DNA from: Octopus bimaculoides | Taxonomy: Eukaryota | Reading direction: 5' to 3' | Length of the DNA: 64,000 bases | NCBI RefSeq assembly: GCF_001194135.2 | Contig: NC_068986.1 | Span: 46,543,650-46,607,649, forward strand | In this document: positions 53,265 through 64,000 of the stretch, piece by piece | Numbering within the stretch: the first letter of the stretch is position 1 | How the letters are laid out: each line of letters opens with the position of its first letter | Notes under the pieces: generated by a model | The model's database searches: none | What the model saw: the letters and a program-made list of their open reading frames with translations, nothing else | Told to the model about the DNA's origin: nothing | Program-made: the position numbers and the translations under genes

Positions 53265-55197
53265 TATTACATATAGCGCTGAATAAAATCTATCGATATG
53301 TTCTGTAATACAGTATAACATTAAAACTTCGAAACCAAACACTGTAAATGCACCAGTAAGTTATGACTGTATTTTATTCGAAATTTATAAAATTTGAGAA
53401 CCTCTATTTAGTTTGAATTTAAATTTGATGATGAGCTTTTTCTTTGTATGTTGAAATGCTATTGGAGAAATTATATGGTTTTAGTAGTTTGCAACGTCAC
53501 GTGACAGGAGGTCTTGTGCTCTCTGTCCTATAAGACACCAAGTTGAGATGTCTCGGGATGTTCCACCAACATTCTTTGTTTACATAAATATGAATGGATT
53601 CAAATTCTGCAGTCGAGATTGCAGGACGAATCAGCACGGAAAATTATATACCTCATGCTGAATCTGATGTCTGTGTGCTTTTGTAACTGTTTGAGCCACG
53701 TCATTTCCTGTCTTATCTCAAGAGAAGGCAGTCCAAGTGAGTTGTATCAGCTATCTCATTTTCATTCTTTTTGTCATATCATTTACATCTCTTTGGAGCA
53801 TCAGACATTTTATGACGTGAATGTGTCATCTCTGCCTAACTTAGAATACAAATATTTAGTGGCTGGCTGAGTGCGTGTTCTTCCATGAAAATATGTCAAC
53901 AATTGTATATGGTAAATGATTAAGATCTGCTTAGATGTAAACTTGTTCATCCTGCCGCGAGTTGAGGCTAAGGCATTATGTTGCCAGTAGGGAGTGATAA
54001 AAAGGATGATACGATAACAACGACTGTTTCAAAAGTATCGGCGGCTTAAATGAAACGAAATGTAAAGAGCGTTGATGGTATTGACACAATGATTGTTGCT
54101 ATAATCTAACGATCAATGGTTTACTACTATTACTGGTAACACTTCCTAAATATTTGCTCATAACAAGGTTTATCGTTGTAACAAATAACTATTACTGTTA
54201 GTTTATTCACAAACGGATAGAATGAAGATACTATACACTGATAGAGAGAAAAATATCAATGTTCCTACTGATAAATCTAGTTGCCAGGTGAAACATGTCT
54301 AAAAATAACCAATTACATTCTTTCTTTTCTTTCTTTGTGGTACTATTCGCGTCATTTCGAAAGATTAGACATTTTAAACACAGAATGTGTCAGCTCAGCT
54401 TAAGTTTCAATACAAATATTTTAATAACATTTTCAACACACGAAACACGTTCCGATATACATTCGTGTTTAATTTATTATTGATGCAATTTGAAAAGACA
54501 GTACTTTGCATACATATTTGAAGTCTTCCTAATGCTTTATAAATTATATTGGATTGTGTTTCTTTCCATTCATTAACAAACAACTACAAATCTATTTCTA
54601 TTATAATTTAGTCTTATGGGAAAATGGAAACAACTAAAGGTTATTATCCGCAAACTTCTGTCACGTACGTTAATATTCTTTAATTAAATGAGAAATTATA
54701 ATATTTCTGCATTGCCTTGAGCATTAGCAACGTAAATCAAGGAAATTGGTTATAGCTATAAATCAAAATTGCTTGCGGATTGCATTCTCTAAGAACCTAC
54801 AATACCCAAGAAGTAATTGCTTCTTACATAGGCACGAAGCTTAATAATTTTATATGTGACAAATTGATACCTTCGTGCCTTCTTCATGGAGATTAAAGAT
54901 TTAACTGAAATGTAAAAGCTTCTAGAGAGAATCAAAATCAAGTCACACTGTATGGAATATGATCACCTCCATCCAAGAACACATTAGTCCTTCAATACCA
55001 CATCATCACACAACTACCACTACGACACTACTACCACTACCACCACCACCACCAATAACAAAAACAACGTATTTCGTCTAAGGTCAACCTTAGTAGTCAT
55101 CAGCACCTACCATATTACTCTTCTGAAGAAAAATAGTAGCAGTGATTGTCTCACTAGCTGTGGATTCAAGATTGTAATGAAGACATATGAGAGGAAT

Positions 55198-55368
55198 CAG
55201 GGCCGGCCCTAGGGTTGCTGGTGCCCTGGTGGACAAACTGAATTTCGGTGCCCTTATAAGTATAATTTTTAAAAACTTTCACAAAGAAAGAAAACTGAAA
55301 ATGCGGACTAAAAAGCATATAGCGCCCTGGACGACTGCCTGAGTTGCCGGTACCTTGAGCTGGCCCTG
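55198..55368. mobile_element. Small non-autonomous DNA transposon (MITE-like), 171 bp
   Basis: Terminal inverted repeats are CAGGGCCGGCCC and (reverse complement) CAGGGCCAGCTC. AT flanks both ends, and ggtgccc/agcgccc motifs occur internally. The superfamily is not assignable. Confidence 0.6.
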
Positions 55369-55784
55369 ATAGGAATTTTTAAAATATAATCTTTTACCAA
55401 ATGATATCTAGTCCTTGATTTTAACTGTATTATAAAGTTGTCTGCATGAAAGATTGCCTCACACATTATACAAGTTCACAGTACAGGAATGTGTACAGAT
55501 GTTTTAGTTCACGAATTTGAATATAATTGTTTGGAAGAGGACTCCGGAAACCCGCTGTTGAACCTATCTTAGACTTTTAATTATATACCCAATTAATAAT
55601 CAATATCGCTTTATTCATACATGCAGGTATGGTTTGTTTCTTTAACGGAAACTTTGTTAAATAAAATATATCATAACTGACAGCACTCAAATTTATATGA
55701 ATCCAGTAATTCTGCCGACATATATCCAAATCTAGATACCATATTGATTGAATTTCTAAAATAAGGGTTATATTTTATCAATTA

Positions 55785-56160
55785 TTTGTTTCATTCATTA
55801 GACTGCGGCCATGCTGGGGTACCGCCTTGAAGAATTTTTTTGTCAAATGAATCAACCCCAGTACTTAATTTTTAAAAACCTGGTACTTATTCTATCGGTC
55901 TTTTTAGCTGAACCGCTAAGTTACGGGGGACGTAAACACACCAACACCAGTTGGCAAGTGGTGGTCGGAGAGACACACACACGCATAATATTCATATACG
56001 ACGGACCTCTTTCAGTTTCCTTGTACCAAATCTACTCACAAAGCTTTGGTTAACCCGAAGCTATAGTAGATGACATGCCTAAGATGCACACAGTGGGACC
56101 GAACACAGAACCACGTGATTACGAAGCAAGCTTCTTGCCACACAGCTATGTCTGCGCCCA
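55785..56160 (-). mobile_element. Full-length abundant SINE (family 'B': ggcgcag..gtggctgtgtgg head, agcatggccgcagtc tail)
   Basis: Head, body (ctaccaaatc.actcacaaggc) and tail (gactgcggccatgctgg) are all present with CpGs retained. Many related copies occur in the window. Confidence 0.8.
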
Positions 56161-57892
56161 TAGACAGAAATTTAAATAAAAATCCTGTTTCGTTCATATC
56201 CTGCATTAATTATGTGAATGCTCGGTTGCTAAGGCAGTTGGGAATACCCCTAGTTTATTGCTAATTGTATACTGACTAAGGTTTGAACGAATATTTTTGG
56301 CATTTCTGAACAGAAATCATAGAACCGAGCAGTAAATTCCGTAGACTTGCTATTCACAATGGCTCGAGATCTTCCGAAATCAAGACTTCAGGATCAACAC
56401 TACATACCGTTCTCTCTCTTTATATATGAGTGAATTCAGTGTCCTTGCAACGCACAACGACATGCGTGAGCACGCACGACGCGTTCACACACACACACAC
56501 ACACACACAGCCTCTATCTCTCTGCCTGTCTTGCTTTTTCTTTCTATAGTTGTGTGTGCATAGGAGTATATGTTATAAATATAACTCGGCGTCGTTTATA
56601 TTGTAAGATATTTCGATAAGACAAAAGGAAGAAAGGTAGCGGATTATTAGAATCAATATAATTATCAAATATTGAAAGAGTGAAGTTATGAGAATGTGAC
56701 TTCAGTAGACAATCTATACATTGCAACGAATAAAAGTGAGGGAAAAAGAACAAAAAAACACAGAACAGTGTTGGATATGTATCATGCATAAGCAAAATTT
56801 TAGCAATGAAATACAAAGAAATTTTTCTGCCCAACACGTGATTATTATTTAAATGTACTGTGAGCTACTAATAGTATCGGAAACAAATTATATTACTATG
56901 TGTTTATTTATAAGTGCGAATACATTTCTTATTAATGTCATTATTCATGTATTTTACTGTATTACATACAGCTCTTCCTCATATATGAATAGAGAAGAGG
57001 TGGGGGGTTTTTTTCACAAATAATTTGCAAGAAAATAAAACTTTTTAGAGAAAAACACAAGCATCTAAGCATTATATAAGTGCTGATCATTAATCATTGA
57101 TAAGTAATTTATACTTTTTTTTTAGATTGAAGAGTGGACACGTAAGCAATCAGGCGAACAACTTGAGTAAAACAGAAGTAAGGGCTTTACGGTTTGGTAC
57201 GTTGGATGTTAAACGATATTAGTAGAGTGCAATAAGAGCAATTTTTATTCACGTAGAAAACATATAATTAAAATACGAAAAACAGTTTCTGAGCAGCTTT
57301 CTCCAAGGTTATCCAAGATATATTCTTTTTATATATATACTGGATTACCGTGCCCGCTGTATCATAGCCTAAATTTTGAATAAAGATCCGTACCTTATAA
57401 TAGTGAAATATGGAAAAATCAAAAATTATGAAATAGCGTACTTTGATATGTTCTCCTTGCTACACAATCAAACAGTATTTCCTTTTTACCTTTACAATGT
57501 AAACTATGACAGCAGAATTTAAATTGGCGAGTGTAAGGAACAGTAGGGAAGGAGGTGGTCGAAGTGAATAGGAGCTGTAGAGTGTGGGCTTTGAGCTTTG
57601 AGCAAAAATTGGATTAATATTATAACTAAGCAATAAATGTCAAATATTCATTAAAACTTAAAATTTTCATTTTTTGTCATTTTAGATTGATTTTAATGTG
57701 GTTTAGAGCACCACTTTGAGTAGCACTAGTTTAATGTTTTCATTACACATATAAATAGTTGTGGTCATTATATATAAGATGTGTACACGACTGTAACGCC
57801 AGTCATGCAGTGCTTCTATGAACAGTCATCAACATGCCCACCACCTCACTATGGATATGATAGTATTGTCGCTTTCAATAATAATTTTAAGA

Positions 57893-58400
57893 GTGGAGGG
57901 TTGTTCAAAGTGTTATGCAGTATTTCCTTAGTTCTTTACGTTCTGGGTTAAAGTCATTTCTAAGGTCAACTTCACTTTAATTCTCTTAGGATCAATAGAA
58001 TAAGGTACTAGCGAAGTATTAGTGTCTTTTTAATCGACTAACCCCTACGCTCAAAACAGATGGCCTTGTAGTTAAAGAAGAATTTAATAAATGTTGGTGG
58101 AGGAGCTGAATCGTTTGAGCACCAAGCAAAAGCATCGTCTTCGAATGTTTTGCGGGTAATTAGTGACGGCATTTGCGTTCTGAGTTCAAGCATTTTTGAA
58201 GTTAACTTTGTCTTTTATCCTCCAGCATCGTTAAAAGAAATTATCACTCAAGTATTGGGGTCAATCTAATCGACTAAACCACAAATTTCAGGCTGCGTAC
58301 ATATGTTGCCGGGGTCAACTTTGTCTTTCACCCAACTGGAGTTATAAAATAGAGTACCAGTCAAGTGCTGGGGGTCAATGGTATTGAATACTGATAGAGG
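57893..58400 (+). mobile_element. Cluster of partial, tandem family D SINE copies
   Basis: The segments gttctgagttcaa / gtcaactttgtcttt / gtaccagtcaagtgctgggggtc recur two to three times. Confidence 0.55.
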
Positions 58401-61400
58401 ACAGAAATCCTAGTTGTCTATTTGTCGTAATAAAACTTACATCATATCCGAATATCTGAATTCCTGGAAGAACTGGAATAACTAAGCAAAAAAAGTCAAC
58501 TGCAACAGCAAAATGAAACAACTAGTCCTAGTTTCCAGAGCCTAAGCTCTGGGGATAGCGAGTGAAATAACTTTATTCCCAGTATTATCAATAAATGAGC
58601 AAATACCTGCTCCCTTAACCGTGCCACACCATCATCATGTCACTTATGTGGTACGGAAGGCCATTTCAGAGCCTTCTGACCTCACCGAAGAGCAGGAAAG
58701 AGGAAAGCCTCCAGATTACTGCCAACACCACAGCTCCAACACAAACAACAGCGTACAGTAGTTGCAGTAGTATCATCAATAACACCAGAAAATCAACAAT
58801 AGCAACAACGACACCTACAACAACAGTACCAAAAGTACGTCACCATAGAAAGCATCCAACGTATCTCTCTTTGTATTACCCCACCCCTCTCTCTTTCCTC
58901 CTTTTCAAACACGCATATGGATACACACGCAAACATATCCCCCTTCCTTCCACAAAAAACATATCTCCCTTCCGTCCACAAAAAAAAAAAGGAAAAATAA
59001 CGAGAGAAAACCTGTTCGACAAATATATCTGGTGGCGCGGTCATATGTTGTACCAAATGTCTCTAACATTGGAAAAAGAGGTAAATCACGTATCTTTTAT
59101 GCACTATTATCATAGGTAGAAATATGATCCAGGGAATTCAGTGTTTGGTTGTAAGAAGATTAAGTTCGTGTTGTAAGAAAGGAAGTTTTTTTGAACAACG
59201 TTAGGACCTTACGAATGGGTGTTGTTAGACAGAAAAATCTTGTAACTCTGTAACCTACAATTTTTATGGATCAACTATGTCCTGTTATGCTTGGGTTATA
59301 TTGTTGGTTGAATTTAAAAATAGGCTCAGTGGATTATTAAGTATCCTGTTTTGCTGATATTTGGTTTCCTCGAGTAGGAGTTATAATTGATATTGATAAT
59401 GAGATGAGAGTATAGCTGTGGGTTTCTTTTATCACTATAGATAGTGAGTAGTTGCCACAACTACTAAACGTTATCACTGTTAAATTTGTATAGAAATAAC
59501 GAAAGAGCCTTTCATAAACTTCACAAATAATTTGATGCAATTCAGAACAGGTAGGCGACGATTTATTCTCCGTTATAAAATACGATGGTTGCCATACATG
59601 AAATAAAATAACATAACTTCGTGGTTAGGCTGGACTGATCTGGTAGACATAGTTGACGTACTGTTTGGTGGTGTGTAGAGGCAGCTGCGGTGGGTCTGTT
59701 GGTCGTGTGATGTTCATATAGCAATGATGTAGACACGTGTCTGGTGGAGAAGATGAAAGCGGAGACTGACTGGTGTCAGATACATCGTTGCCGGAGACGA
59801 GTTGCGTGTGGTCAGTGACGAGTGCCTAAGATCTAGAGTAGTCGAGAACTGTCGTTCCTATAGAGATCAGTAGGCTCCGAGATCTGCTGATTAATTTCCC
59901 ACGTAAGGAAAAGTAAACTGTTGCACCAACGCGGTTGGACATTTGGAAGCCGACCGATTCAAACAACATATTCACTTAATCACGGAGTCATGTAACCTAC
60001 TGGAGCGAAAAGGGCTCTGGAGTCGATATTCGGGTATTTAAGCCTAGATGAGTAAAAAAAAAAACACCTCACGCAATGACAGTGTAAATCACTTCTGCTA
60101 CAAGAGGATTCAGTGTAATGGAAGTCTCACTGACATTAGTTTGAAGGAATCGTTTAAGGTTCCGATTTGTGCTCTATTGTTAGGCGAAGACTAGAATGCA
60201 CCGCGGGTGCAAATCCAAACAGTGTATGAGTCAGCTTACATTCGATGGGATGACCACCACTCTTAATATTAATCAATTATTTCCACTTAGTACACGTTCA
60301 TAGATTTAGAGTAGATTTTCCCACGGAATATGTGTGATCTCGATCCAATAAGCGTGGCAATATAGGTCATAATATAATGTATTATATAGTTCATGAAACA
60401 GGAAATGAGCCAGCTGTTTATGTTTTAAGATAGCGTATACCGACCACGAAATACTAATTGGGGAAGTCAGATTGAATAACAGCGATAAATAGACTCGGTA
60501 TTGAAAACTTAAAGAGGCTGTTTTGACTTGGAAAAAACTCAGAGACAAAGCGATCACTCTAATTAAAAATAATTGGTGGGTACGGGACATAGTTTTAATA
60601 ATTACAATTCGTTTGGCAGCAGTTATTAAACTGGAATTTTTTTTAATGCAAGGGATAATACAGTAAATGCGGTAGTAAGGAAAACAGCTGCAGAATAGCA
60701 AGAAGGAAGGTTGTATAGATATAAGTTGAATGGTTGAATAGCAATACATTCTCCTATGCAGATGATACCGCACACACACGCGCGCGTGCGTGCATATATA
60801 CACAATTATCTGAATGCAGACATCAATTACACATAGCCTAAATAGACTTGTAAATTTTATACGAATTGGGACATTAAAACATTCCTTAATGGCTATAAAA
60901 CAACTTTAAGTTAAGGTAGATAATACAAAACCATCTGAGAGTTTTTATTTTTTTTTACTATATAAAGGTATATAAAAGTGTCAATGTCTTCATAACGTCT
61001 CTGATGATTTTTGAAGCAATTCATTGAATGTTTCCTATTCACAGATGTGTTTAGTAAATAAGCAGTGTATTGAAGTTTTCAAACAGAAGTGTGAGATCAA
61101 TTCCTTTTTGTAATCAAAGCGGTAAGAAGAATGTGTACTCTCCGTCTTGACAGCTTCTCTTCAAGAAATCTGTAAAGAATTTCTAGACATGTTCGCGCCA
61201 AATTTGGCAACAACGTACCAAGACTACTAGGAAAAGAACATCTTGTTTCTTCCACAGTGACTCGTCACATGATTGTTTAAATACGTTTGTTTAAATATGT
61301 GAGCAATAGGGAAGAGTTATTGAAAACATTTTGGCTAAATAACCCCGATTATTGATCTGAACATGGTAACAAAAGCTTTCCAAAAATATCTAGCAGTTGT

Positions 61401-61735
61401 CTTATATGAAATCAGGAATTTAATCCAGACGTTCTGTTTCGGAAAAAAACTTAACGGATAATCCTCCATCTGCTGAGCAAAGGCATAAAACTGCACCTTA
61501 ATGCTTTCTCTCTCTCTCTTTCTCCCTCTCAAATACACACACACACACACATTTTTGCAAGACATACTCCTATGCAGATGATATCACGCTCAAACACTCA
61601 TACTTTACCGACTGAATACAAACATTAATTAAACACATTCTAAGTAGATATGTTTTTCTCTAATGAACCAGGAGAGTGAAAGATAATTTTGTACCAATAT
61701 ACAATCGCTATTCATATGAAGGGGAGAAACCTTTA

Positions 61736-61782
<47 letters not shown>

Positions 61783-63071
61783 GATATATATAGATAGATA
61801 GATGTGTATGTGTGTGTACGTTTGTGTATGTGTGTAACACAACTAAATTCTCTCAGAGCTATAAATGCTATAACTAGCAACCGTTGATTATCCTTTATGG
61901 TAATCTTAAACATGAATAACGTTGTCAGTCACTATGAGAAAGAACCCTATGCTTCATTCAAATATATATTATCGAAGGGTAGTTTATTAAATACTAAGTT
62001 TTATGTTTTCAGACAGGTTTTCAAATCAAAACTGGTTCGGGGTTCTGGATAGAACAACCGAATTGGTCTACTGGTGGTTTAGGCTAAAAAAAAAATAAAA
62101 AAAAATTGTTAAAACTCTCATAACGTTCAATAATTTGTTATTCCAAACTTCTTTCCAAAAATAAATAAAGCTGAGTCCCCGATGAATAAAATATATTGAA
62201 TTAAAAATACTGAATATAGAAGTACAAACATGGACAGAAACTGAGTTATCTATTAAACCACATGACAATGTTCAGATGCAGACATTTGTGACATCGCAAA
62301 CTCCAAAAACTGAGACATGAGCAGATTGAAAATAGGTACTCGAACAATTTTGGGACATTTTTGGTCTGGTAAAGTACTCTAACGGTATGATATGACAACT
62401 TGGTGGTGATGTTTAAGATGTAGTGGGGTAGAGGAAGCTGCACTAGTCTCAGCGGGATTGAAATTAATTCCATGTATCACATAGAACAAGTTTTCAGTGA
62501 TTTCACTTGTGGTCGGCCACCCAGTTAAAGAAAAAAACAATAATAATTAGATCCTATGTATTATCTGTACAGCCAGTTGAAGTATTTTCCTGAAAATCAT
62601 ACTGGAACAGTAAAAAGAAAGATGCATCACTCTTCACAACTAACATTGAGAAGGCAGATACATTGCTTTATAACAAAAGCGAAAATTATATCGATGATCT
62701 GTCAACACATATGGACATCTTCTTGCGGGAGAAAATGTCATACTAATAATTGATGTGATTTGTAAGATTAATATTGTGCGGGATAAGCTGTTACTAACAG
62801 CTAATAATCATAACCAGATTCTTGAACAAATGACGGTATATTCCACAATCGATCTCTCTCAGTTAATTTTGAACTTACTACCAAAGGATAGCTGAAGTGC
62901 GTCAATGAAATATTAAGCATTCTGTCCAGCAAAGCAACGCAATTTTCACAGTGCATTCGAAATAACGATCTACGAATAGATATTTCAATAACCGTAGGCT
63001 ATTTCCTTATACTGATAGCCTACAAAGAATTTGTTACAAGCCGTTTAGAAAAAACGTTCATATTACTAGTA

Positions 63072-63073
<2 letters not shown>

Positions 63074-63105
<32 letters not shown>
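63074..63105. repeat. (GA)n microsatellite
   Basis: Seen directly. Confidence 0.9.
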
Positions 63106-63109
<4 letters not shown>

Positions 63110-64000
63110 TGAGTGGAGGGTGAATTGTAAGCAAGAAAAGAATGAAAAGATAATGAAATAAATAACGATAAAGAATGATTATCACTGTTGATTATATTGA
63201 CCTTAGGGATAAGAAAAGTGATCCGAAAGCAAATCATTTAGAAAGAGAACAAGAATATATATTGATTTCTTCTTTAAACATTTGAAGAAGATTAGAAATA
63301 GACTGTGTGACATTCATGCCTTTAAGTTAATTAAGTAAAGCATAAGAGTTAAGTGAAGTGAAATGGCTTCAATCAAGAATCTAAATTAAGTTGCATGTTA
63401 ACATATTCTAGGCACAAAAGCCCTTTATTCTGAATGGAACGAGAAATTTAAGTCGTGATCTGCGTGTGTTTTCCAGGAGCATTGGTCACGGAAATAAATG
63501 GCTTCAACCGAGAGTTGAAATCGAGTTGAAAGCTAATGCATACTAGAAGCCTATTTGCTGGCTGTAGCAGCCCGCTCACCAGCATTTATTGAGCAAAGTT
63601 GTGCTTCAAAGGCAGCAGCCTAATGCTCAAGAGGATATGACGTGTAGGTATGATGAATTGGGTGTGGCTTTGCCAACTTATAGGAGAATTGTCGCCTTAG
63701 GATATACAATTTAGAATTCTAGAATGCATGGCTTGTATTCTGAAGAGCAAAAATAATTTATTGCTCGGAAAATCAGTTTCTATATTATTCGAGTGGGATA
63801 TAGCTTTTACTTTAAGGTATTTTCCTCAAATGAACGCTGTTTATATGAATAACACTCGCAAAAAAAAAAAAAAAAAAAAAAAAAAAGAATCTTTGATAAA
63901 AAAAATACGGTTTTGATAGTCATTGTTTATATATATTTATTTATTTATAGGTTTCAGCCAAGTGGCTGTGGTCATGCTGGAGCACCACCGTTATATATAT

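Noticed and set aside
58637-59119. 160-aa Thr/Ser-rich ORF
   Set aside because: It derives from decayed (ACA/CAA) and CT repeats plus a poly-A run, with no domain signal.

Overview
AT-rich eukaryotic (animal) DNA from a gapped short-read assembly; it contains six N-runs, each flanked by a microsatellite or SINE. The repeat content resembles an octopod/cephalopod genome (inference). It includes tRNA-derived SINEs, RTE-clade LINE fragments and 3' tails, a Tc1/mariner relic and dense TA/TACA/CA microsatellites. The only coding sequence I can firmly support is a minus-strand exon (43441-43909). It encodes a signal peptide plus an N-terminal agrin (NtA) domain and ends at a phase-1 GT donor. I found no follistatin/Kazal exon by eye to its left, so 1-43440 is probably one very large intron. 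The most notable unexplained structures are: (i) a sharp change from CpG-depleted to CpG-retaining DNA near 38 kb; (ii) a cluster of 20-30 nt microexon-like splice-site pairs on the agrin strand at 8.8-21.6 kb; (iii) a ~390 bp near-perfect fold-back at 26.3-26.7 kb; (iv) a well-spaced E-box/CCAAT/TATA/Inr promoter candidate on the plus strand at ~49 kb, divergent from the NtA exon. Almost all entries in the ORF track are artefacts of N-runs, microsatellites or repeats. No prokaryotic-type system such as CRISPR or an operon is present. Repeat boundaries are approximate unless stated.
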